From Iphione sp. A-MEVVRFRX5 (lineage: Eukaryota), in NCBI GenBank assembly GCA_976226885.1, contig OZ320318.1, positions 39,928,001-39,992,000 on the forward strand: 64,000 bases of DNA. The letters run 5' to 3'. The notes under the pieces were generated by a model, which did no database searches, was not told the DNA's origin, and saw nothing but the letters and a program-made list of their open reading frames with translations. Positions 52,878 through 63,182 of this stretch are shown one piece after another. The translations under genes were made by a program, and so were the position numbers. Every line of letters begins with the position of its first letter. Position 1 is the first letter of the stretch.

Positions 52878-52921
52878 CATGACTGACACGATGTCTGTCT
52901 CTATGGAGTCTTTGGATGAAG
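52878..52921 (+). CDS. AKAP13: Exon (MTDTMSVSMESLDE)
   Basis: tttctctttcag| and AAG|GTATTA; phase 2 to 1; ESLDEG resembles the ESLIDEG motif that precedes the DH domain in this family. Confidence 0.82.
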
Positions 52922-53449
52922 GTATTACTCTTGTTCTCAATTTAAATCTTCAATCTCTACGCCGTAGTGCAAACGGTCTATACATAATAGTTATTTTAAT
53001 TTTTATATAAGTGGCATGAAAAAGAGCATATAAATATTCATATAAAGGGTACACTCAAAGTAATATTCAATATTGCGTTTTGCAGCTGCCAGAATGTTTT
53101 AACGTGCACGTGTGCCGTAGACAATGCAGGCATACCTTGAACCATAACTGAACCTGTCTACAAGGTGGCCATTTCCACATGTTGAGCAAATATCACTCTG
53201 AAAATCTCACTCTGTGCATCTGAAAACTACCCTTAATCTGGTTACGTCCACATTATCTGGTCGAATAGCAATGTGTCATTTAACTGTACATGGAAACATC
53301 TAATGATGAATCCTCTGAGGATTAAGTCTTCTTATGACAGATCTTTACTAGTTCTGTAGACTTTGTGACCTAAGAGGGAATTTTTTATTGGGGGGGGGGC
53401 TCAAAATTGGTAGTTTCATGGCGAAATAGCATGCCTCTAATAAGAAAGT

Positions 53450-54100
53450 GAAACCAAGCAACATTTTTACTTCGTTAAGAGAGGTGTACCTGTACATTGA
53501 AGGCTCTCATCACACGACTATAATTAAGACTTGATCTGAATTAAGAATAAATGACGGCAAAAAAGACTGACAGTTGGACAGTATTATGCGGTGGTTTCTC
53601 ATAGTGTCTGGAAGTAGAGATGAGGTCTCACTTAAAAAGGCCGGACCACAGAGAAGACCAGACAACGCGGCAGAGGCCGGATTTATACAATCCCACATGT
53701 GTTCTTCTAAGGGAAATTTCACTGTACATTGTATGTCCGCTATTCCGACACGGTATGATTCCAAGTGGTCATGCCTGCAATGGCCAGGGTGGTGAAATAG
53801 TGAGGGAGCTGTAACTAGGAAATATAGAAGACTCAGTTGACCCATCCCTCGGAATCTTGGACACTGTCCATCTTCGAGAGTGTGTTATTACTACTAAATC
53901 CTTGTTCCTTACTGCAGATGAATTTTCGCTATTCAGCAAGGGCCTATAGCTAGGAACAGCTTCAGTGATCATAGCAGTCCAGGAGTTAGATTTGAAAAAA
54001 CCTGTTGTAAGATGAGAGTGATCCATGTCTACATGCACTACTGAGTGAGTTACATAGTAGGGTCTAGAGGAATCAATTCCATTCCAAGAATTTGCGCCTG
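53450..54100 (-). mobile_element. Tx1/L1-like C-terminal zinc-finger fragment
   Basis: YRVGIADIQCTVKFPLEEHMWDC resembles the L1/Tx1 'KIGI...CxFC...EHLFWEC' motif. Confidence 0.35.
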
Positions 54101-54257
54101 GAATAGTAAGGGTGGTCGAAGAGTCAGGTGACGGAATAATAGGGTTTTACTCACCACTGACACACCAAGTTTAAGGTTTCTGTATGATATGATATACATG
54201 TGTGATAGCTATATAAATATTATTCTGTCTCAGTCTGCTATATTCAATGTTATTCAG

Positions 54258-54395
54258 GTGCCGGTGAGATTGATTTTGATGATGACCCTGACTTGGTTAA
54301 CGTTCCTGAGGCTGAGGCGTGGAGCGTCACAGTGGACAAGAAAACATTGAAGAAAATGAGCGCAAAGGATATCAAACGACAAGATCACATCTGGG
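54258..54395 (+). CDS. AKAP13: Pre-DH / DH start (GAGEIDF...EAEAWSVTVDKKTLKKMSAKDIKRQDHIW)
   Basis: tattcag| and GGG|GTACGC; phase 1-1; family motif EAEAWS...KRQD. Confidence 0.95.
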
Positions 54396-54986
54396 GTACG
54401 CCATTATCTCTTGTTCTCCTCGCCCAGGAAAAGTTTGAATGGATTAGAGTAGCGAAGAGAGTAACTCTGCCATATCCATCTGAAAAGTTGTGGGCATGTA
54501 TATATGAAACAGGCCATTTTAGGCATTGGCTTGAATACATGTATGTGGCTCTTTCCGTACATTGTAAGAGGTTCCCCGTGGTGTATCTATGCATCCATTG
54601 ATCTTGGAATACTGTAGCAAATAATAAAGGGCTGACCTTTTACGAGGTATTAATACTATGACTCAAAACTGTATACATATATCTAATCGTGTTTTAGATG
54701 ATCAGGCCGCACCTTTTCATACACTCAATCTTTAAGTTTAGTCGATTACGAACTGATTTCTATTGATGTTAAATGTCGCCTTATTATCGAGATATGAATC
54801 AATATCTTATTCTACTCATTTTTAGAAGAAATTCCATGACATAAATGACAATTTGGATATCAAGAGTTGACATTGTGCTGAGTTACGTACAGGCAGGAGA
54901 GCTGGTTAAGTGAAGATATCCCCACTCTTGTGTTGTTGGGCTTATAAATGCCAACATAAACTCGAACGTTACTTTCTATATTTCAG

Positions 54987-55039
54987 AACTAATTCAGACG
55001 GAGAAACATTACTGTCGAACACTGAAAATCATGCAAAAG
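54987..55039 (+). CDS. AKAP13: DH domain exon (ELIQTEKHYCRTLKIMQK)
   Basis: tatttcag| and AAG|GTAAAA; phase 1 to 0; ELxQTE DH motif. Confidence 0.95.
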
Positions 55040-55370
55040 GTAAAATTAAACCTCTTGTCTTAGACTTTATCACTACGTGTTTCTTAAAACTGAGATAACA
55101 GAGAAAAAACAGTCGTTAATAATGACGCCGAAACCTACAGTAGACTGTCATTATCCCGGACAAGTAAGGGTTTGATCACAAGCCGTCCGGATTGTGAAAT
55201 GTCCCGATGAATCAATATCTATCAGATCTGTTTATTATCTGTATATAATAATTCTGTAATTTCCAATGTCTGGTATACCAGGTCATCTAGTATCTGAGGA
55301 TACACTGTATTTGTAATGTGTCTGCTATCGAGGTATACGTTAGTATATACGTTTGCTTGCTTTTATCCAG

Positions 55371-55550
55371 ATCTTCTCACGTGGCATGCAGACAGAGGTA
55401 CACATGTCACAGGATATGATCGCTCGGATCTTTCCTCGCCTTGACGAGTTGATTGATATCCACATAACCTTTTTACACTCGCTTACGGAGCGCCAGAGAT
55501 GTCGTGTTGACCGCAGCATAGAAGACATCAGCGATCTACTGATCCAGCAG
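55371..55550 (+). CDS. AKAP13: DH domain exon (IFSRGM...IFPRLDELIDIH...DISDLLIQQ)
   Basis: ttttatccag| and CAG|GTACAG; phase 0-0. Confidence 0.95.
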
Positions 55551-56031
55551 GTACAGCGGACCTTTTTATTGTCAGCCATATGTCAAAGGATAGAACATAG
55601 AAAGAAAAATTGTCTGTGGTCTATCTTTTCGGTATCTCTCAGGCTGTAGATATTTATTCATTTGTCTGTCAACAAAATTCATGTATATATACACAGTGGA
55701 ATCGTTCAATCTGGAAAGCCCGTCATCAGGATTTGTCACATCATGAACACATTTTTTATATACATTTATTTCACTTCTGAGTTTGGGTTAGGCTATAATG
55801 CCTTATATTATGGATAGCAGGAAGCCGTTTATATCCCTTTATATATGCTCCTGGTACCCCGAACATCCCTCTTTATGAACATTTTTGTTGATGTTCCACT
55901 GCTATCCAGTACCATAGTGATTCTATTGTATATGTATGAATATATGGCTCGTTCATTTTCACCCACTAGACATGCCAAAATGTTTACGTTTGGTAATAAA
56001 AGAGCTGCAATTGATCGATGCATAATTCCAG

Positions 56032-56275
56032 TTTGAAGGAGACATGGGAGAGCGGATGAAGTTGGCATATGGAGATTTTTGCAGCAGACACAATGAAGCC
56101 GTTCAACTGTATAAAGACCTACATAAAAACGACCGAAAGTTTCAGAATTTCATCAAGAAGTGCAGCCGAAACAGCCACACCAAACGGCTAGGGGTTACGG
56201 AATGCATTCTATATGTGACTCAACGTATGACCAAGTACCCCTTGCTCATTGAACCAATTATCAAGACAACCAAAG
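56032..56275 (+). CDS. AKAP13: DH domain exon ([20 protein letters not shown]...[19 protein letters not shown])
   Basis: aattccag| and AAG|GTAACC; phase 0 to 1; QRxTKYPLL DH motif. Confidence 0.96.
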
Positions 56276-57148
56276 GTAACCAATTATTCCATAGAATATA
56301 TTGATGATTACATTGATCGAGGTCCAGTGGAGTAAGACCTATTAAAATCTTGTGAAAAAAGTTTAATTCTTCCACATAAAACTAATGAAAGATTGCATAA
56401 TTTGATATCCGTGTAATTCCATAATTCAGTAATACAAATCAGAGATTGATGGGTTGTCACCGATCTCATTACAACGATGTTTTTGTGCCTTTTGTGATGT
56501 GATAATAGGCTGTGAAACAATGAAAATGCGGAGTTTCCCGTCACCAAAACATAAAACATGCGGTTGTACCGGGGTGGCTGACACTTCAGCAATCTGTCAA
56601 TTCCTTTTTAAAAGTTACAGAGTCTGCGTTAAACTTTAAAAAAAATTAATTTACGTTGACCATAAGATAAGATTTTTTGCCGTTTTTGTTTCAACCTGCC
56701 CTGTCATCTATATACAATTGTAATTTTTTGTTTAAAAGTGTTCTTGGTTGGTGTCTTTATCCTTTGGCCTTCAGAAAACTTTACATCTTGTGGTATTTGT
56801 ACGAACTGGGACTGTAGCATGATTGTTTGGAGTGGATTTTTTTATTTAATATCAAATAATCCATCACTTTTGTTCTAGTTCATTTAGTTTTCTTCTTTTA
56901 TAACTTGAGTGTGATCTTGCCACATGTTGTATAATATTTTGGTGTATTGGAAATTAGTTATTGGTCGTAAAAGTCTTATATTTTATGTCACATAAGGTAA
57001 GACTTGATTTTGTGCTTCTTCCTACTTATGGTGTCGTTGTCGTCTCTCCTCATATTGACTCCCTTCCCTAACTGGCGGCCGGTGCTCGCCGCGCCGCCTG
57101 CTCCCTCCTCTGCTTCCCTTCTAGACACGTCAAGGACTTTGTTTGCAG

Positions 57149-57318
57149 ACTCGCGACCGGAGCACGGCCGCCTGAAGAGGGCGCTGGAGCTGACTCGCCA
57201 GATCCTCAGCTACATCGACGCCCAGGTGGACGCCCGCGCCAAGGAGCAACGCCTCATCGAGATCTACAACAAGCTGGACGCCCGTTCCTACGCCGTCTAC
57301 AAAGGAGCCAAGTTCAAA
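57149..57318 (+). CDS. AKAP13: DH C-terminus / DH-PH linker (SRPEHGRLKRALEL...KGAKFK)
   Basis: gtttgcag| and AAA|GTGAGT; phase 1 to 0; an alternative in-frame acceptor lies at 57125. Confidence 0.93.
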
Positions 57319-57563
57319 GTGAGTATGTAGTTTGTCTGGACGAGAATCACGTGGAGTATCAGGAAAGTGGCAAGGCCAGGAAAAAAACAGAATCTTAGCA
57401 CCAACAAAGACTATATACTCAACAAAGCAATGCATAAGTAACAATAGAAAACATATAGGGAACGATTTTTTGATCGAAGTATTTCGTTATTGTTGTCTAA
57501 ACTAGTGACTACAGCTGACAGATTTTTTTCCCGTTGGTAAAATTCACCTAACAATTACATGTA

Positions 57564-58099
57564 CAGTAGAGCCTCTCCTAAAGACCACTTCACAGGGGAG
57601 ACCAAACCTCGGGAGAGACCAAAATCAGTCAGAACGGAACAAATTTCTGTACATTTCCTATATATAAAAGCCTCTCAATAGAGACCACTTCACAGGGGAG
57701 ACCACCTCTAGGGAGAGACCAAGAATTTCAGTACCAAAGACCAGGTTTTGCCTCGCAGAGGCAACCAAGAGCTCCTTTGATCGGTACCAACAACTGGGAG
57801 AGGTGCGACTTTGCTCCCGACAATGGGAACGAGGTACGATTCTTGCTCCTTTGATGGGTACCAACCCCTGGAAGAGGTGCAACCTTGCTCCCAATCTCAA
57901 TCACCTAGGCAATGTATAAAGGATTTATAGAATTTAATAAATAAGAGTTCATATCAGTTTTTTCTCTTTTGTTGTATGTGATTAACATTTATTATCAATT
58001 GGGAGCACAGAAGACAAGTGCTTCACAGGTGAGACCACCTCTCAGTTGAGACCAAAATTGGTCAGTCCCAAGCTTGGTCTCCTAAGAGAGGCTCTACTG
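57564..58099 (+). mobile_element. 536-bp Tc1/mariner(pogo)-type MITE with TA target-site duplication
   Basis: TA|CAGTAGAGCCTCTC ... GAGAGGCTCTACTG|TA: perfect 14-bp TIRs plus TA on each side; repeated subterminal GAGACC(A/C) motifs. Confidence 0.88.
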
Positions 58100-58132
58100 T
58101 ACATTAATTATGTTTGATGCCCCATGTTGCAG

Positions 58133-58214
58133 AAATCCGATCTGCTATCAAACAACCGTAAACTGCTATCCGAGGGAACCATTAGGTGGATGTCTGCTAG
58201 AGGAAAGGCGTTCG
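58133..58214 (+). CDS. AKAP13: PH domain exon (KSDLLSNNRKLLSEGTIRWMSARGKAF)
   Basis: atgttgcag| and TCG|GTAAAT; phase 0 to 1. Confidence 0.93.
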
Positions 58215-58684
58215 GTAAATATCGCTTTCCTACATTTCAGTGTGCACGTACAGGAGAAACCCTGTAATGCAACCACTTGGGAGACTAGTCAAGTCTCCTT
58301 ATAATAGAGTTTTTCTCATATACATTATGCATTGAAACAGCAAAAATTGCCCTTAATTGTCAGTTACCCTCCCCATTGAGCTGCCCACGAGATGAGACGC
58401 TACTGTTCTGGATGGAAAGCTCATTGGGTTCATCTCATCATGACAATATAGATTACATGAGACGATCCTTAAAACGTATCGACCCAGTCTAATACCTTCC
58501 ATCACAACTTTATACAGTCTTGTTATTGTAAGGCAAATATGTGACAGTTTAGGTGTATTATTACTAATTTTATCACTTTACGTCAACCGTTGAATCCTTG
58601 CCAGTGCCAGGACGCGTCACCTTCATTATCTCCCAATCCTACGGCAGTGTGTCTAAAATGTACATTATGTATGATCCCTTCCAG

Positions 58685-58770
58685 AGGTCTTAGCTGTAAT
58701 CCTCTCCGACGTCATGTTCTTCCTGCAAGAGAACAACCAAAAATACACATTCTTCTCACAAGACAATAAG
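58685..58770 (+). CDS. AKAP13: PH domain exon (EVLAVILSDVMFFLQENNQKYTFFSQDNK)
   Basis: cccttccag| and AAG|GTAAAA; phase 1 to 0. Confidence 0.95.
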
Positions 58771-59094
58771 GTAAAATACTGGTTCGTAAGAAGAACAGAA
58801 TTACATGTATATTCTAACCAGCAGCATGAATGTTATACACGTACGTGTATATCAATGGGAAAAACTACGATTCTCAAGTCTGTGGTAGTACAACATAGTA
58901 AATCATTTTCTCTTGAACGTAATGTTTTAACATTTCTATCTTTCGGTATACCTTGTTTAGGGAAAATATTCCCACATTCTCTCATAACCTAGTGTCTAGG
59001 TAATGCAGCCACGATGTAATGGAACCGAATAGAGAACTGTGATAGAGGATTCTATTTAAAGTATAAAAAAATGTCGTTCTTTCATGACTTTCAG

Positions 59095-59284
59095 TCAAGC
59101 GTAGTGTCGCTGTCGAAGCTCCTAGTTCGTGAGAAAGGTGATACCAAAGACAGCAAGGGCATCTATCTCATCTGTCAGAGCAAGACAGAGCCGGAGATGT
59201 ATGAACTTGTGTGCCGATCGGCTGACGAACGGAAGGCCTGGATCAGCACTATCAGGGGCACCATTGCCAAATGCCCCGAAGAAG
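59095..59284 (+). CDS. AKAP13: PH domain exon (SSVVSLSKLLVREK...KGIYLI...PEMYEL...CPEE)
   Basis: gactttcag| and AAG|GTCGGT; phase 0 to 1. Confidence 0.95.
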
Positions 59285-59632
59285 GTCGGTTCTTACTTCA
59301 GTTATCAAAATCTTTTCTGTGATAGGTATGGTTAGAGTTACAGAGTAGGAAAGAGACACAAAGATAAAGAAGATGTCATTTGAATAGTCTGGCATCATCG
59401 TTTATATGAATGAGTTAAAATCCGGAGTTTCAGGGGGGACATAATGATCGAAAGTACACTACAAACAAGAGGTAATGCCATACTAATTGCCATTATACAT
59501 TCTTTGTTAGTGAATATGTCTTCTCCTTCCTTCTTGTTTACATGAATGTATCCATATAATGCGTTTGGATAAAACATTGCTACATCTCCATGTTTTTATG
59601 AAAAGACATTCATCGTGTTCCTTTCTTGAAAG

Positions 59633-59817
59633 AAGAGGGGCTGCCGTCGGAGAGCGAGGAGGAACGTAAGCTGCAGGCAGCGCGGACGGCTCGACTCAGA
59701 CAGCTCATAGAACAGCTGCACGACAGGGACTCCCAGATTCGGCTCTCCTGTGAGGAAAAGATCAAGACGATGATCGAAATGAGGGACCTCTTCCTCAGGG
59801 AAGACTTTGGCGAAAAT
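59633..59817 (+). CDS. AKAP13: Post-PH coiled-coil exon (EEGLPSESEEERK...EDFGEN)
   Basis: ctttcttgaaag| and AAT|GTATGG; phase 1 to 0; matches the family EG(I/L)PSExEEE motif. Confidence 0.92.
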
Positions 59818-60295
59818 GTATGGTTCACATTTGGACATATTCCGTTGATACTTACCTGTACACGTAAGGTTGTCCCGAGTGAATACAGTTACCCGTCGTT
59901 AACGTAAGGAATCGTGTGTGGAACTGCTATGTACAAATAGTGCCCTAGAATAATCCGTGTATCCTTGCATTACCATTAACCTACCAAATAACCTTCTTTG
60001 TTTCTGTCTAAGGTGTGACCTCCCCCTTCCAGTGGATATTGTGTTTATATATATGTAACATTATATGTGTCTCATAGCAAAGCTGTAAGAAGAAGCGTGG
60101 AGGAAATTATTATTTATCATATAGAAAATAGCTGACTTCTGGGAAATGAGGCTTTTGAAACCCGCTTAATGCGCGTACCCCCATTGACTCCACGCGTGTA
60201 CTTTTTAAATATCACTAGACTTTATTCTGCGTTCTTGGAGTCAGAGTCAACAGAAATGGTATCAATATAAATTTTAGCTTCTCTCAACACGGCAG

Positions 60296-60355
60296 GCCAA
60301 TGAGCTGCATACTGGCAACAGTGCCTTCTACACGACTGATGAAACTACCGACAAT
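60296..60355 (+). CDS. Candidate 60-nt symmetric cassette exon (ANELHTGNSAFYTTDETTDN)
   Basis: ttctctcaacacggcag| and AAT|GTGAGT; phase 0-0, stop-free, fits between 59817 and 61410; too short for the ORF track. Confidence 0.55.
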
Positions 60356-61052
60356 GTGAGTGGTTTCGGTGCCAATTCCTCCGCCTGAAGTCGTCGTGAT
60401 TTAGTGCATTCTGTCCATGGTGGTGGCAATAGTTGTGGTTGCAAAAGAAATGGCTTCTTTTCTTATCTTTGGCATACTTCGCTGGCGCTGAACAGAAACA
60501 GCTTCTACATATACACACATTTAAACCGCATGGGCAAATGCACCTCACACGCGTGCCCAATAAGGTCATTGCGAAAACGAACGACTGGAATTGTATTGAT
60601 TTAAAAGCGGATTACTTGAAAATAAGAAAGTGCCGATCAAACTCTACTTTATTACATGTATCACATTATGATTATCTTTTATTTGAGGTAGTTCAAGTGG
60701 ATAATGAATATTCATAAACACAGGTTCCTACCTTGCTCACTCCTTCATTGTCGCACGATTCACATCCAAATATTCAATTGCCCTGCTTGCAGCTCCCTTG
60801 TACTAATAAAATTGAGTTAACATGTAGACTGTTGAATATTGTAAGGTTTTTACTGATATCGGTTGAATGTCTGTGCTGGTAACTTACTTCTCTTAGATCA
60901 TGCATGCATAAACAAGTCTCTTGATTGCTAGGTTATTCCTACTTCTCAGACGCCACAGATGTGATGAAATGCTTAGTTTAGCATATCTTATTTTCAATAG
61001 TCAATGAAAGATGCCCTCTTGCTACAATAGTATGCTGAAAATTTCCATTTGA

Positions 61053-61104
61053 CATTTAGTCTCGAGTCGTACAATGTTCATTTAGTCCCGAGTCGTACAA
61101 TGTT
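61053..61104. repeat. 26-bp tandem duplication
   Basis: CATTTAGTCTCGAGTCGTACAATGTT followed by CATTTAGTCCCGAGTCGTACAATGTT (1 mismatch). Confidence 0.9.
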
Positions 61105-61409
61105 CCCATGCGCCGCGTCATATGATAATTTTTCTCACATCTGTATTGTCTGGGATAAAGTGTCCATCTGATGAGCATTTCCTTTTAAATACATGTAACA
61201 TGATGCATGATTCTACAGTCTCCACATATCCACGGTAATATACTGACTGCAAATACTTACTAGCCGTACGGGTACATGATTTCAACTGTGTAATTATATG
61301 TAGGCCTATAGAAAAACGCTTTGTATAATATATTGTGTGCTCTTTGTTCAAGCAACGCACTGAATACGTGTATATACATGTACATCAATCCTCTCCTCCA
61401 TCATTGCAG

Positions 61410-61488
61410 TTGAAATCTGTGTATAAAGACGAAGAAGGGCAGGAACTAATGGAACCAATGGAATTGCTGCAGGCAGCACTTCAAGAAG
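61410..61488 (+). CDS. AKAP13: Exon (LKSVYKDEEGQELMEPMELLQAALQE)
   Basis: ccatcattgcag| and AAG|GTATCG; phase 0 to 1. Confidence 0.88.
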
Positions 61489-61706
61489 GTATCGTAGTAT
61501 TTTACAATCTATTTGCAGGCAATATTATGTTGTTTAGATGGAGTTGTATCATTATTATGAAATAATACAGACTGTACCTACAAGTAACTGAATGCACGAC
61601 TTGGATGTGATATCTTCAAGTATGCTTTCTAATATCTTCATATATGTCTTCTAATAAAGCCTTGTGCCCATACAGACTACAACCGATGTATTTTCCCTTC
61701 TCACAG

Positions 61707-61862
61707 CTTCCAGACTATATATCCTACTGCAGAGCGGTGGGACTAACTTGAGTAGGAGTGTGAGCAGTGTGGGAGAGCAAGAAAGTGGAACGTATACTAC
61801 ACCACCTTTGCCAAAACGGGCTGAGACATTTTCTGGTTTTGAAGCCAGAGAAAAGGACAAAA
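61707..61862 (+). CDS. AKAP13: Exon carrying the conserved motif LPKRAETFSGF
   Basis: cccttctcacag| and AAA|GTACGT; phase 1-1; LSRSVSS and RAETF motifs typical of the family. Confidence 0.92.
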
Positions 61863-62571
61863 GTACGTGATTGCTTCATGCCAGTTGCTTTTTTCTCTAT
61901 TCCTGGTTTAACTGGGACTGCCTGCGTGCATCCGTGTTTTGTATCCTCCCCATCGCCTGTTCGAAATCACCAACATAGTTGTTCGGGATTCTGTGGTTTA
62001 AATTCACCTCTGAAAAATATTTATTTGAGTGATTGAAATTATAGATCTTATTCTTTATTAGCGACTTTGATTTTCATTCCTCGAATAAGGGCATGAAGGT
62101 AATGAATCAGTACAAGGTGGTATTAAAGGTCTACCTGGTTTAAATTAAAAAAGCATTATAGACTATTATGATAAAATCGATATACCTGGTTTGAATATAG
62201 GATATACATGTTTTTAAGACCGGATTTCATACATTTAATCGATGGAAAGTTCAAGTACGTGGAATGACTGAACCTAGTCTTGATTTCCTTCGTGCACCTT
62301 CGAGCTACCAATAATTCATACCAAACCCTTTCGCAACAACAATTCAACCTTAATTACTATCACATTTGCCCACACATAAGTACACATATCACTCGACCTA
62401 CGCTCTGCAGTCTATACACTGGAGACGCTCTGACCTCCTTATTTTGCATCTGAGCTCCTTGGTTATAGACAAAACCTCCCGATCCTCCCTGCTAAATGCG
62501 CCAAGCCTGGCTTAATCGTTTGCTGTGTGGTCACTAGATGGTAGCACCACTCCCTGTTATTCACCCTTTAG

Positions 62572-62640
62572 ATCTTGCCGCCACCAAACGTGCCGAGACA
62601 TTTGCTGGTTTCGAGGCGAGGGAGCGGGATCATTTCAAAC
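62572..62640 (+). CDS. 69-nt symmetric exon with a second KRAETFAGFEARERD motif
   Basis: tcaccctttag| and AAC|GTAAGT; phase 1-1; 13 of 15 aa identical to the motif in the previous exon. Confidence 0.78.
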
Positions 62641-63030
62641 GTAAGTTCAGTGTGTTCCGCCCGCGGTACCGTGTTATCTCACAGATTTTCATGTACACCC
62701 ATTTTTCACCACTTAATCGCTCATCCTACATTACATATATGTTTCTAATGCATGTTTAGCGTTCTTTTTGTATAAAGTGCAATGGGAATAGGTATTACTT
62801 TCAGTGTAAATATTGACCATTTTTGAATTTCATGTTTTTCTTTCCTATATATACGCGCGTGTGTGGGTTTGTATAACTATCAGCCGTTCCAAGTTTTTGA
62901 GTGCATCGTAGAACGAAACCAAACATTTAAAGGTATCTTTATGTATCTCGAGAAGACACCGTCTGGTAATAGTTGGGAGCACGTATAGCTCAGGTAGCTC
63001 TTACCTAGTTTGACAACTTGTCTCTGGCAG

Positions 63031-63182
63031 CCGTCAAGAAGCGCTACTCATCGGGCGGCGGAGACGGAAGCGGGTCGACGGGGAGCCTGAACGAGGGCCA
63101 GGTCATCGTCATGCCCGGCCAGCAGCGCGACTCCGCCGACCTCGACTCGCTGCTGAGTGCGGAAAGCGCCAACACGGCAAGG
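63031..63182 (+). CDS. AKAP13: Last exon visible in window (VKKRYSSGGGDG...ANTAR)
   Basis: tgtctctggcag| and AGG|GTACGT; phase 1 to 0; GC3-rich. Confidence 0.85.

Larger units (their letters stand above)
1350..63182 (+). other. AKAP13: Multi-exon Lbc-family Rho guanine nucleotide exchange factor gene (C1-DH-PH-coiled coil), AKAP13/ARHGEF18/ARHGEF28/ARHGEF2 type; 3' end continues beyond window; 5' boundary uncertain
   Basis: Phase-consistent GT-AG exon chain. Translation contains recognisable family motifs: C1 HQFVPISFSNSTACDVC...CENCMVNVHENSC, DH start EAWSVTVDK...[28 protein letters not shown]...SLSKLLVRE...KGIYLI...PEMYEL, EEGLPSESEEE and LPKRAETF. The symbol marks the family; exact orthology among the vertebrate paralogs cannot be resolved by eye. 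Confidence 0.9.
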
